Position numbers and translations under genes: made by a program. A DNA stretch of 64,000 nucleotides, from NCBI GenBank assembly GCA_000934665.2, contig JYFJ02000229.1:62001-126000 (forward strand). The letters are read 5' to 3'. Origin of the DNA: Catajapyx aquilonaris (taxonomy: Eukaryota). Below, in pieces: positions 12,461 to 26,434 of this stretch (within the stretch, counting starts at the first letter, position 1; every line of letters begins with the position of its first letter). The notes below the pieces were generated by a model, which had not been told where the DNA came from, did not search any database, and was given only the letters and a program-made list of their open reading frames with translations.

Positions 12461-14240
12461 AAGAGAGGACCTATCAACAGCTGACTAACCGCCCAGAGCC
12501 TCCTTCACCTAAGGACTGTGACCACCTTATTGTTGAACATTTTGATTTCCTTGACACGCAATTTGTGCAATAACTGCTAAATAATTTGGCTAAGGCTTAG
12601 TTGTACAAACATAATAATATCCCGTATATGTACGTCGCAGAAGCAGTTGCATGAATATCATACCCGTACTTTAATATTCGTTCATGACCTCCTCGCCTGC
12701 AAGATATATCCGTATGCCTATACCCTGCCAGATGGTTGTCTATAGTACAAAAAATACCAATATGAAACTCATCCATCAAGCATGGCATAGTGCTTTTCAG
12801 TTTGGCCGTCCCTACAAAAGAGACCACTTTTAAATGAGTAAGATGATGCGCTGTATAGGCACGCTATCACAATAACAAGTAATAACTCGTCCGGAAAAAC
12901 GCTCTGCTGGCTAATGTCTTGCTCACTTGTTGCGCATTTAGAACGCGTTTCCTGCCAGATAAATGGCACGCTATACAACCATTGATTTCCTATGCGGGCT
13001 TATTTTATTCGCTCATTAGTTAGGTAGAAATTTGGCGCCAAACGAGGTTGCAAGACCCTAGTTTTTCCACCCTCACTTACTCGACAATTGATAGCGGCAG
13101 CTCCTACCCATCCTTTCTCTTTATAGAAGTTCGATTAAACTGTGTACTCTATTGATCCCGCAGCCCTGGAAATCAACGACCTAATGAAAATGTCATGAGT
13201 CCCGCACAGGTCGCGGAGCGATCCTCTTTATCATTACCGGCGATAAGAATTGAAGGAGAGTCATTTCCACCAAACTTCCTCGTCCTATTTACCATGCCGA
13301 TTTATGGCTGCTTCTGGAATAGGGAAGTGAGAAGTGGAGCAAGGTGCAGGTATTTTTTTTCTGCCAGTGGTTTGTACCCTTCTTATGCCAGGGCCAGTTG
13401 GGAGAAAAACACATTTTGCTAGTGGTTGGAGGGGTCAGATTTCCATCCTCGATTCTCATGTGGCTCATTTGTACGGGGAAACTTCCACCATACATAAGAT
13501 GGAAACGGCTTCGTCTCCTTTAAATTCCTCAAGGTTGGAAGAGGGCTGCTTCTAAAAAAGTTTCAATTCTGGTAGGGGGNGGGGGGGTGAGAGAGAAAGA
13601 AAAAAATGTTTTTATCTCAGAGAAAGCTTGCGACTGGGTTGCAATATTTTTCATTGTTATAAGCAGCCCCCAGAAGGATGTATACTGGGTATACTGTAGT
13701 AAAAGATATTATCGTCGCTCTCGCCTCAAAACCTCATAACTCTATTGGTGCAAATTTTACAGGGAAAATGTCTCACGCTGGGCAAAGTGAGCTACTCGGT
13801 TTTAATTTAGTTGCCCGAGGGTATAGTATGTTCAGACTGTACACAGTTATGGAGCCTGTAAATGTGGAATGGTTTATTTGGATCCAACTTTGTCATCATT
13901 TTTTTCCAAACGTGCAACATGGGATTGTGGTTTTACATACATAAATTATTCAGTTACTAGTAGCGGTAATGATGTATTTCATGTGAACATCACTACAGTA
14001 TGTAACAAACAACTGACCTGTGAGTGCAACATCAGGCCTATTATTATGTAACAAGATGGCTTACAAAATTTAGCGTAACTTATTTTCATGAAATAATTTC
14101 AATTATGATGCAAAGACTGGTGAGCGACTAGTAAATAATTTCATCATTATCTCCCTTTATTGCATTGGTGTAAATCTATTTTGAGGTAATTTTCCTTTTT
14201 GGACTCGAACTACCGGACACCTTGCTTTTTGCCCTTCATA

Positions 14241-14384
14241 AAGTGTGGAAAACCAAACGACGATCTGACGTAATTGTTTCTTACATTGTTTCTTTTTGTT
14301 GCTACTGTTTACTCATATTGTTATGTGAGGGTATTTCCATGGAAACCTTGATGACGTCAGACTGTCGTTTCGTTTTCCGCACTG
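14241..14384. mobile_element. TA-flanked MITE (144 bp)
   Basis: ~32-bp imperfect TIRs: AGTGTGGAAAACCAAACGACGATCTGACGTAA vs the reverse complement of the right end, AGTGCGGAAAACGAAACGACAGTCTGACGTCA. TA at 14239-14240 and 14385-14386. Confidence 0.75.
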
Positions 14385-17300
14385 TAGCTACCAAGATATA
14401 AACTGAGATACAGTCCGAATATTTAAAATTTCACCCTATATTCACATGAGGAAAGGGCGTGTAAGGTTACACAATTTGGTCTCCACTTACGTTTTCGTAC
14501 ATATCATACGAGAGATATGAAAAACTCTGATAAAACAAACTGAGAGAGAGATGCATCCCGTCATTATTATTATTCAGCTCAATCTAAAACACCTTTGTTT
14601 GTTTTATTACCTACAAAGAGTAGCTCTTCCGTTTTCTTCCTAACCAGGTGTATAGTGCTAGCAATTGTTGCATCTTACTCTTAGTTTGTCTGATGAGAGA
14701 ACACGAATGTGAGTACGTAATTAAAAATAACACTGACATACCGCGTCAGCGGAGATATTTACATGTCAAAATTTAAAATGTGCCTACTTGTCAGAATTCC
14801 CCGTCCCAATTTTTAACGGTGTAAGTTTACATGTTGTGTTCGAACATGAGAAGACAGTAGTGTTTATTTTCTGGAAGTTATTTATTATGGGTGGCTAACG
14901 GGCCCTGCAAATGTACAGTAGAACCACTGTACAACGCAGTGATGCAGTTTCTTAATTAGTAATTAAATTTTATATGTAGCTTATAACAAGGACTTTGAAT
15001 TATACACTTGACTTCACTACTTCCGCGCACGAAGAAACCATATAAACTATAATGTAGGCCAAGCATAATTTTTTTATTAATTCACAGATGGATGTAATGG
15101 TCTCGTTAACTTGTTCTATAACACCAACAAGGTCACGCTATTATATTGGCATTTTTTGTTCTGAAAATAGTCCTCTAAATCATAGGGTGGTCCCCTATTC
15201 TGCTCATTCTTCAGACCGATGTTCATCTCCATAAAAAAATTTATCACTTCTATAACGGCCCGTAAGTTTTTCATTACCGAAAGCCATAAATTGCATTCCA
15301 CTCATCATCTCCAAGGGATATCGCAGCTCCCAGAAACTTTCCATCAAAGTTGAGCAATCGCTCCACATTTAAATTAGAAGTATAGAATTTTAATCACGCC
15401 AATAAAATAAGTTTTCTTAAAAGGCACTGCACGGAGAGATTTAGTCAGGTTAACTGGCACCTGACAAGTGCCGCCATTCTCGACTCTAAACGCTGCACAA
15501 TAATCGGCCATAAAATGCAAGGCCATGCTCTGCCACAACCGTAGCGTGACAAATGATTTACTCGCCCTCTCCATCTCCCCCCTCCCTCCCCCTCCATCAT
15601 TCCCACTCTCCCTATCCTGCCCGTTTACAGCTCTTTACAACAAATGTAATCAGGTGAGCGGAACAGGTCTCGAAATTAAGGTATTCAAAAGCACCATTAT
15701 GGAAAATGGTCAGCGATTAATCTGACCTGTGCGGTAGCATTCATATGGTGCCATCTCTGGCCAGGAATGGTCTCAAAGAAAAGGACAGGGTTAGGGGAGG
15801 GAAAATTCTCGGCTTATTGTATTCCGAACGAACCGTACACACAAAGCGATATTAAATTATATATGGCATTAGGTATCCCTTTTATTGGAAACCCTCTATC
15901 GTCTGAATAAGTTCTGTGCTGTGGATAGCCGGAAGCAATAATCGGAAAAGGGTATTTGTAAAGCTCGGGATTTCACTTTGTCTGCAGTGTGCAGGAAAGC
16001 TGATGCAACTCACATTTCCTTTCATCACATATGGGATCAGAGTGCGTAATGGCATCAAGATTTGTTTTCGCACAAGTCACGCTTAGATTTTGTGCCATCG
16101 TTATCCCTCTTAACTAGCCACACTCAAAACGCTGCTGGGTACTTTGGCTAGTTTCGTCTATGATTAATCATGATGATTTTCCACTACTGACCAGCTACAC
16201 GTATGTTTGCAGAAAATGAGTGACCATTACGTCTCGAATAGAAGTTTATTCAGCCCATGATGAAAACATAGCTACATTTTAACACTTCTAGGTGTCTTAA
16301 GATTTCCATTGTGAAGGACCAGTCACACTATTTGGGCATTATCTACAACATTATACTGATTTAATTGCATAATGGGCCTGACAATGAAAGAGAAAGCACT
16401 GTACGCGTCGGTACGCGCACTCCCTCTGCCATCAGCAATTTGATCTGGCTACCTTTTGATATAGGCTACAGTCTAAAAAAATATGCAATGCTATTTTGAT
16501 GACACTCTTTTATGTTACACACAATACAATCAAATCGTAGTATGTGAAAAACCCATCCACAGTTACGAGGGAAAAATAGATCACAGTAAAAGTTATCATT
16601 TTAATATTTAAAGTCTGACAATTATTGTCATTGCAGGGTAATTCTGACAAAATAAGTCTATGACAGTGACAGCTGGGCACCCCCTGTCTGATTTTCACAT
16701 TGAAACAACACAGCCACCCGTCATTTCCTGTGCCTACGCCTACGGTGATTCCACCCCAGCCGAGCCCATAGTCAAATTTGCGCCTGCGCTTTATGCTCCT
16801 CGTGACACAGGCATGTGGTTGCATATATGCAAGGATGAAAAGCTCTCGCCAAAGGCTTACATTTGAACACGAATATTATGTAGGAAGCAAATTAATACGA
16901 ACACGTCGAAACAGGTCAATTTTTATGACTACTACTTTAAGGCTCAATGAACCTATGACCTTCCGGTGGGATCTACTGTACACGAGTAAAATAATATGTG
17001 TAGAAGGATGACAATGCTTTTTCACAAAGCACTCTGATCAAGGGATGTGCCACAGGCGACCGTCGGGCCAAACCTGCCCGCTTGTTAGCTTTAATGGTAC
17101 CACTTTATTCATTTCAAACCCAGCGATATTTAACCAAACCCTCCCTCCACCGGCAACCTCCCTCGCTAGCATCAAACCCGCTACGAAACCGCAGTTGTGA
17201 AATGGCCCGTCGTGAAATCTTGCCATACCTACAAATTTTGTTACTTTTAGCTGGCTCCCAAATGGTAATATTCGCTGCAAGAGATGCACCAAGTACATTC

Positions 17301-20163
17301 AAGTCCAAATGCCATAACAATGCAAGTTTGATCCTATAGTTGAGAGTCGAAAAGCCTGGGCAACACCTGCCTAGAAAGTCAACCAAAATGACTGTCACCT
17401 GGGCTAACCCAATAAGGTGAAGCTCCGTATTGGAAGCTACGCAACCTCCCCTCTCTTCTCCCCTTCCTCCTCCCTCTGTCTCTGGACACGAGAGGCTGAA
17501 GATCATTAATCTTCATTCCGAAGCTGTAGACAGGCTTGACCTGGCCGTGATGCACAGGAGTGATGAACGATGTGCATGCTGAAATATGTGCGGCCAGCAA
17601 CCCCCGCTGCACCATCGGAATTTAATCTTGAGTCTTCTCTACAGACAATAACTTATAAGACCCGAGGGGAATAGGGAATACGGGGGCGCTGCTGCTGCTC
17701 CTGCTGCACCAGACTTGCAGCTCAACAGCCGTTGATTCTAACTTGCTCACTCTTACAGCTCCATAGGAATCATTTTTCAGGAATACTCAAGATGGGATTA
17801 CAGGATGTCCACTATGTATTTTGGTCATGTACTGTACGTATGTGTACAAAAAGAAAGTAAAACTATCTAGATCGGGTATCAGTAATTTGTAGTATAAAAT
17901 CAAGGCAAAATATTTTCAGCAAAAGCATAGACTGTTACAGGTTGTACTTCTAGAACCCTACAAAAAGAGTGCAAGCCTGTTGACAGATCCTCAAAAATAT
18001 GCCGGTCGAATATTATTGCCTTGATTATTTCTGACACTCGTTCTACCTTTTACTGTAAGGGCTACTGCCTGAGGCACACACATCCCTGCCCATGCCTGAA
18101 GCTTATGCCACGCTATAGTGTCACTGACAGAATAATAGGACGAAGGACTGTCCGCAATCACACAAGGCGGAGAGTACGTCTAGTAATTGTAACAAATGCA
18201 AATTATTCTGCCATTTCCTCTATACCCGTTGCTATGCGATTACATATCCGCATCTCTGTTATTTGGAACTGTAAGTAGGTTAGGCGTCATGTTACTGTAG
18301 CACCGACTGATGTGTAATATCCGAAAGCAGACAAAAGTGAATCCGATTGACTGCTCGCAAAATCGTGTCACTGTGAATATGCAAAGAAATATCATTTTTC
18401 AATTCTGAAAATCTGATTTTCACACCGAATGCTGCTCTCATCACTAATTGACTTTGTATGCCTACCAGTATAGCAAACAGCATTAGGACAGGTGTGCATG
18501 ACACATTTACTATAGAACCATTTCCCTTTCCCGAAGGAGGGAGTGGGCATCGCTCGCTGCCCCACTTCATTCTACATGGCGCACGAAAATTCCATGGTGC
18601 AAATTTTTCTACTTACAGGTAATGTTTTTTCCAGCCAGCATTAGCAAAGACAATGCGACACCCCCGGGCCTGGTAGGATCCACCTCCTCCAGGCAGCGGA
18701 CACCATAATTATAATCTCACGAATCCTCCTACTTGCGCAACGCAAACACGAAGCTAATATTTCGAAAACGAGCCTGTGGGGTTCACGGTTGAGCTTTAAT
18801 TCCCAACCAACCCCAGTGAGTATCAAACAGCAGTAATCCGTGAATAACTCCCGCATTGATCCAGGTACACTTGGGGAATCTCCGTGACGATGAGACCGGA
18901 GAGCCTCAGCAAACCTACACATACACACATATATACTGCACTGTACAGCTGCAAGGGCCAAATATCTGGCCCTAGCTAGTTGGGTGGGTGGGTGGGGAGG
19001 TAATGAAAAACAATGAACCAGGCAAGTGGTGGTCAGAGGGGATCGGTGGAGTGGGTGGGGTTCCCATGTTTCTGGTCGGCTGCATTTCCCGCAGCACCCA
19101 GTTCACTGCAACACACGCCGCCTATTCTCCATTATCTCACCTGAACTAGCCGCTTTCCGCTCATTACCTTCCCCGGGGGGGCGACCCCCTAAAAGTCACT
19201 AACTTCTGCCAGCTTGCCCTTTTATATGTTTTTAACTCAAAAAGAGGGGTGGGTGGGTGGCTGAAACCTCGCCGCCAGGAATCTCAAGCCCGCTTCACTA
19301 ACCTATCGGTCAGGATATTACCGCACTTTTAGACTAATCACATTGGCAATCATGCGTGTAGATATAGTGGCTGCAGGCAGGCTTGGCCGCTAGATAGATG
19401 CCCGCAAGGGTTTGGAGTTCGAATCTGGCGCTAAATCCGACCCGCGCGCTTCACAGATTTTGTCGCTTCGTTGAAAAGGACGACGATTAGTTCGACGGAC
19501 GGGCCTCGCTCCAAAATTCATTACAGGCGCATTTTCTAAGTGACATTTACGCGACTAAATTACGCTAGCGTAATTCACAACATTGGAGGGGACACGGGCT
19601 GGGTGCAATAACCGGGGGAAGTTAGTTATATACTACTTCCACCAGAGGGCTGGTTGATATCATCGTAGATTATATTATAGGTGCAGGGCGTTTCGGCAAT
19701 TTCGACAAAAATTACTCGCTCGTCTGGTGTGTCGGATTCGTAAGTGGTGAAGTTTGATGTGTCATGTGGCATTTACCTCGACGTGTTCATGTCGCTGCGA
19801 CGTGTAGCCCATTCTCGCACAATTATTGGACTTCATCAGCACGTGACTGAACCGTCAATAAAAAGCTCTTACACGATTAGGATTATACGCGTACAAGGGC
19901 AATGTCACCTGGAAGTGACATGTCTGGGTCCCCGCTGTTCGGTGCAGGTGTAGGAGCGCTGAAATATATTTGACGACTACATTCACTTTCATTTATAAAC
20001 AAAGCAGTCAGCGACCTCTGCAGGCGATTTTCTTCAATATTTTCGGCTGTAACGATCCGTATTACCAACAACCACTTGAATACTGCAGCACAGGTAAATG
20101 AACTCTTGTGGCCTGTACTGCAGACCCCCAAGTTTGCGGTGCAATCCCACACGACCTTTCTCC

Positions 20164-20345
20164 CGGGGCCTTGACCATCACTCGTACAATGTTACGCAAC
20201 GCGTCGTCAAACTTGCCCCCAAGCAACGTTCCGTGTCAAATTGAGAACTCCTTCCGTCCCCTAAGTAACACACCGTAACAAATTGATGAACCCTCCCCTT
20301 TGCCCGCTTTGAACTTTACGATACGTATTTTATGAACATTCCCAC
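20164..20345. mobile_element. Possible degenerate MITE
   Basis: Motif order TTACGCAACGC...CCCCT..GTAACACACCGTAACAAAT...CCCTCCCCT...TACGTATTTTATGAACATTCCC resembles common invertebrate non-autonomous DNA elements. The left TIR is poorly conserved. Confidence 0.3.
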
Positions 20346-23300
20346 ATGACTTACATAATATTTTGCAAAATCATCGTGATCACAGCGGGGGTCCCCGTTC
20401 CTCGAGTCTCGTTTTTTTTAAAGTAAAAAAAATATTCCCAGCCCAGATTCTTGGTTGTTCACGGACCTACTCCATTTATTCCGCTCATTGCAAATCTCCA
20501 CTTTGCTTGCCAAAGCATGTTCTCGTTGCGTCGCCAAAGCTTGTCATTCAAATTCCTTTCTCATCCCTAACCCTCTAAAGAATCCGGCTCAAAATTCGCG
20601 AGCTATTATGTAGGTCCGACCTCCCAGCAAAACCGAACCTGAAAGGTTCGAGTTTGTGTATTATGCGAGTTAATGAGAAACGCTTTTATGACCAATGCAG
20701 TCTCTGAGGGGATTTACCTTTTTTTACAGACTCCATCCGTGGAAAATTCACTACAAACCCCTTTTAGCCTGGCATATAGACCTTCCTATCATTCATCTAC
20801 AATGTACCGACCGACATTTCTATCTCTATGCAGTTTTTGGACTCCCTAACCGATTCAAGTGAGAACCCCTGGTGAATATGATACAGAAGTGGAATTAACT
20901 AATGCATTCATTTGGGTGCGCCGAACAAACAAACAAACAAAAAATCCCCGGGCAAGAGTCGTAATGTGAATCCCACATAAACGTGTCCATGGCCGTGCAA
21001 AATGCAGCGGCCGTTATGTTTACAGTGACACAATTTAAAGTGATTGGATTTTGCGGGAAATTCGTTTAGTATATGTGACCTGCTCTCCTAGACTGCAGAT
21101 AAATACATGGTTGACACATCCAGTGCGCACGGGGTCAATAAAGGCCGCCGGCTGGGTCCTCTTTAAAGGGCCTCTCTCTCTACCCGCGACTTGCCTCCTC
21201 ATCTATCCTGGCGTTTCAGGTGGTAAGCAATTTGTGCGCATCAGGTATCAAAGACATAGTTGCGTACTTACCATGCGATACACCGGTCCCGCGCTACGGA
21301 TAATGGACGGGGATGTTATGGTGCAAGTGAAACTTGCAGGGGTCTCCTTTTTATCAGTCTCTGGTGGAAGATCTACGCCGGAAAATGTTCTGTTTGTTTA
21401 CTTTTACACCGAACAGGACGCAGTTACACCGGTCCTTATTGCATATCCTGCTACAGTGCAAGCTGTTCTACATCGGTCGAATGCGGAGAAACTACTGTAG
21501 AGAGTGTTGCAAATATTTTATGTATGCGTTCTTCGCATACGAGGAGCATTCCGACGCCAGTATTCTGATATTGTCGATTACCATGCCTTGACTCCGAAAC
21601 TTTTCATGGCAGCTATATTCTCCGGAGAGATTATTTATTCATATTCCGCCCTAATATACTGTAGAGCGAACACATAGAAATAGAATGCAAGAGCTGTTTT
21701 CGGAAATCTAACACAAACTGTATTATTTCAATAGGTCTATCTATAATTATTAATATTTGGTCATTTATATTGTATTTTGTAGCCTGCCTCCTTTGTCCTG
21801 TTTTTAATTTTGATTTTATTTCTTGCTCCACTAGTGCCACATTAATAAGTCTCGAGTGTAGTCCCACAGTTCCTCCAGGCGTATGCGGTACCACAGGAAT
21901 AAGAACCCGAGCTTGGTTGACTGTTTGTAATTCTAGCCTCAACTCAGATTATGCAGTACGTGACATAAATGAAGCACAAGTTGCAAACTGCCCGCAAAAG
22001 CTAGCCGGAGGCTGCTCTCAGACCTATGACCTCAAGCACGTGTGCGCAGCCAGTGCTCGTACCACTCTCAATATATTCGGGTTTTGTAACTGTGGTGTGA
22101 CTCATTTTGAATTGTAACACATTTAGTAAAAACTGAGAATTTCTTTCCCAGTATTACGGCTGCGTTGTCGGTTAGCCCATTGTTGCAATAAGCCCTTCAA
22201 TTGTTCATAAACTGCATCGTGCATCTAATAATAATTCTATAACCGACCAAATTTCAATAAAAAATTATTTGCAAACCATTATGTTGAGTACAAAATAGAG
22301 CAACCATTATTTTTATACGCTTATTATTCACCAACCCATGCAGCAAATTAATAAAATCATCAATCATCAAATTGCAAATTTACATTTTTACCAGTTGGCT
22401 ACAGATAATCAGCCCCACTCCATACAGCCTGCATGACGTAGGGACTTGCACACTTTTGCAGGCCCCAGCCGTGGCGCAACGTCACCATTTCATTAGGCCA
22501 TTATGAATATGAATGATATTCGTAAAAGTCGTCGGAGAGGCGTGTGCGTGTATCCCCAGCGCGAGTCTATTATTTCTGGCCATCCTGGGGTGAACCACAT
22601 GCAGCAGTACAAGGGTTGTTGCGGGGACGCAAACTGGAACAATGGCGACCCTTAATGAGCGAGTGAAAAACTGAGGCTGGTCGCAGGGCAACACTTAGAA
22701 TGGGGCCCCTCTGCTGCACACACCCTCCGATCGAAACCGATCTTTCTTCACCGTCCGCGGTAAGCTTCTTCTTCTTTCAAAAAAAAGAGGAAAAAATGGT
22801 GGAAAAAACCTTGTCAGTTTTTTTTTTCCCAAGCACCCTAACCCGCGGGTTTCCTCCTCACGTCTCGTCCAAATGACGTCGCCCAGTGGATTTATATAAT
22901 AGCCGCGTCTCCGAGACCTTGCCACATTTATGGAGCACCGAATGAGGAGCTGAGGAAGTAGGGTGATCCCCCATCTGCCCTTCCCCACCCTCATCCTCAT
23001 GCTGAAAGAGAGACACGTCCATAAGCCATTGCTTATGCTGACCATCGCTACAGCCGCCATTTTATCCAGGTATTCACAAGATGGGTGTTACTTATGAGAT
23101 TCTGCTACATCTAGAGCAAAAGTTCGTAGTTGTGACATTTCTGACTTTGTCAAACTCCTTTTTACGGAGGGGGGGGAGGAGTGTTCTTGGCTCTGCGTGT
23201 TTTAGATGCGTGAAATGCATTTGTAGAATGCGAGCAATGTGGAAACGTCTTTGGCAGGTGGAACGTTAATTGCTTTAATGGAAAATCATTTTGGGCCCGG

Positions 23301-24160
23301 TGTAATTATGCACGCGCCAAAGAGCAGGTATAACAATAATGTAAATTTAACGAAGGTGTCGACGCTATGTTTTCCTTTACAAATGTTACAAGGTAAAATA
23401 CTATACATGTGTTGTCCTGGGTACCTGCAGTCAACCAGTATTTCATGCAACGGTGCATTTTATGCACTTTCCAATTATCGTCAGTCTGTGGGCTGGCTGC
23501 CTTAATTGCACGGCGGGCTTCATCTGAGTGTTACGCAATAAATTAATTTGTTACAACAGTTGCACTGTACACAACAGTGTACAGTCAACCTGCAGTCAAC
23601 ATAAGTCTACATACAGAGAGACAAAGTGTTTGGGCAGCGTATATTTTACACGCACAATGTGCTGCAGAAAGTATCGGATGCTTTAAACTTCTTTAATCTC
23701 TATTGCATATAAAGCAAAAAAGTTTGTGTGTATGTCTGGGCTATCCAACCCACTTCCAGACTGCCCAGGGAGCTGACCACTGGCACACCGATAGCTGAGA
23801 TGTTACAATATGATAGAAAAATGAAAACATCTCAAATATTTGGCAATAGGACCAGTTATGGACATTTACGCCCATTTGTGGCAGTAGAATACGGTATAGC
23901 AGTATGCTACTTGTAAAATATATGATTGTGCCAGTGGTGCTATCACTGAATCTACCTATCAGATTTATTCCACTAACTCGTTAGACGTTTGACAACGACT
24001 TCGTCAAGGAACTATATGCGAGAGAGATTGGCTAATATTTACGGTATTATAAGTTATGCCCATAATGTGCGCACTGAAGTTACTGCAATGTGTGTCAGGT
24101 GCCGTAACTTAGGGGGGGGGGGGGATGAGTGGCAATAATGGTGACATTAAAAACTCCATC

Positions 24161-24452
24161 ACCGAAGCAGGTTGGTGCAGTGGTTAAGGAGCTCGAGTGC
24201 TAATCGGAAGGTCCTGGGTTCGATTCCCGGGGCCGGCGATACTGACCGTGGTTTTCTNCCCCCCCCCCCCCCCCAGAATAATTCCGGGGTCGCTTCCATA
24301 CAATAGGCCACATCCGCTTCCTTCCTTCCCTATAACATTGGCCCCATCCATGTGTAAGGAAGATTTCAGAAAGATTGTAGATAAAATGGTGGTATTCCAC
24401 CCCACTAATGGAGCGCCGATTCTCCCACTGGTGTAATATTAAATTTTTAAAA
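24161..24452 (+). mobile_element. tRNA-derived SINE, short variant (copy 2)
   Basis: A box TGGTGCAGTGG and B box GGTTCGATTCC; shared central domain partly replaced by a poly-C run. 15-bp TSD ATTAAAAACTCCATC at 24146-24160 and 24453-24467. Confidence 0.93.
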
Positions 24453-24761
24453 ATTAAAAACTCCATCACTGTACAGAAAATTATTACATATTAATACAGA
24501 TTTTCATTTGAAATTATTTTTTGCCACCTCAGTACTCACGATAGGATTGTTGGCAGTATAATATACACTCGTAGTAAACTATATTATATGAAATGAATTA
24601 ACTAATAAACAGGCTGCGCAGTATTATCTTTCATCAAACCAAATAAACACGATTTATTATTTTGTCTATTTAGTCGTCTCCATGTTCAGAGCTGGGAGAG
24701 AGTGGACACTTGGTTTTCTACTCCGATTATGAGCCATTAGTTTTGCACGAGTCCGGCCCAC

Positions 24762-25020
24762 TTGGCTCGTGAAATGGTGACGATTGACGATATACAGCGA
24801 GTACTTGACAACCTGAAGGGGGACTTGACGGTGACGATTGATCGGGTAGTTGAGGGTTTGGAAAGTAAATGGACATCGCTACATGATCATCTCCAAGCTG
24901 AAGACAAAGGTTTCCGAGTACAAAGTCACCTTCTCGTCCTCTACAAGGTTCTTGAGGAACTTGACATATACATGCATCGACTAAGGCTAGAGCGTTGTCA
25001 AACGCTTCTCAGGGATCCAC
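24762..25020 (+). pseudogene. Possible LINE ORF1-like coiled-coil fragment
   Basis: ORF MVTIDDIQRVLDNLKGDLTVTIDRVVEGLESKWTSLHDHLQ...LEELDIYMHR has heptad/helical character. Its end resembles the LEELEQY.RR motif of CR1/L1-type ORF1 proteins; no downstream RRM visible. Confidence 0.4.
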
Positions 25021-26434
25021 AAATTATATGTACGGAATCTCTCAGTAGCCAGGAAATTATTGTTTGATACAAAGGTAGCACCTCTGGCCTTACACTATAC
25101 TTGACTATAATAATAATTATATAATTACCGGATTGATTTGCCCTTTTTTCAAAACTGCACATAATTATAGGGAAATTGGAAGTCCTCCGCATGCCATCCC
25201 TCTCTTGTTCAGTAATTTTAACTCACACTATCTACAGAAATTGGCTAAATTATTTAAGGAAGTGGTAAATTACTGAAGGTTTTGCGATAATAGTTTTTCA
25301 TGCTTGTCACTAATGACCATTTTTAATTTTATTGATTAATTTATCGGCCTTGTTAGGTCTCGTTTTGTGGAAATAATGTTATGGATATGAAAATGGAAAT
25401 GTACGGTAATGTTTATATGATTTGGAGGTCTCCGGAGAGGGCCGCCGGCAAACAGTGTAACAATAAAAATATAAAATAAAAACTGTACTGTATTTCCTAG
25501 CAGATGCTAAAAACCTGCATTAATATTGCAATAATATTATTGAAAATTTTAAATAGCAGTTTGTAAACACACTTTCCGGTTAAAAGCACTGCACTGCAAC
25601 ATGATTTGAGTGCTCTTAAGCCGAACAATTACAAAAATTTTGTCCTAATAATGCTTTTCCTGGTTTACGCAAACAATTCCTAAAATGAAAATTACATTAA
25701 AGTAATGCATCACATACGAAGCTGCAATGCCATACCAGCAGTTGTTATAGAATTCGTGGAGGTAGAACGTTTACCACCGTTAATTCATGTGTGCAACTCA
25801 CAATTAGCAGGGCAGAATTTTTGTTCTCGAATCAAATTGCTGCGCTGTTCCTACATGGAATTACAGCATGTTCAACCCAACCTCCCACACAGTGTTATAG
25901 CTGCACTAACAGTGCAGAAAAGTTTCCGCTTTTACGCTTCTACACGGCAAATATTATATTGTTTGGACTCCACCAAATATGCTGCAGAACGAGTAACAAA
26001 ATACTTTGAAATTATAAAACACCCCCAAATATTTCGATGAAATACGTACAAACAAGTATATTTTTTTTCACCAAATCAAGGCTTGTGTGTCAAATAGTGA
26101 CGAAAAATTTCCAATTTGTGTCAATGAAGTGTGAATTCTATGCCGCAGAATGATTGAGCACAGACGCTGAGTAAATAATGCACATACTCGTTGAACTGTT
26201 ATCTAGCGCGTTCCATACTGACTGTGAGTAAGAAGCAACACAACCGCTGCTGGGAGAAAATTATGCGAGATTCCCGCATGCATGAACCAAATTGTTTGCT
26301 GACAATGATACAGAAAATACTCTTTGTCCTGCATTCATTGCCCATTCCCACAATCCAGTTCAGAGGCAAAAGCCAGTCTATCTAGGGCAGTGAAACCCCG
26401 TTGTATTCGTGCAGCAGGAATATTTTGTGAGCGC

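Noticed and set aside
13675..13700. GTATACTGGGTATACTG loosely resembles miR-iab-8/iab-4
   Set aside because: Seed and spacing differ, and there is no precursor hairpin.
13869..14051. ORF starting MVYLDPT as a tarsal-less/mille-pattes peptide
   Set aside because: Lacks the LDPTGxY motif and the repeated short-ORF arrangement.
23445..23490. Minus-strand CTGACGA..GAAA followed by a GTGCAT/ATGCAC stem as a hammerhead
   Set aside because: The required U16.1 is absent, stem II is marginal and there is no stem I.
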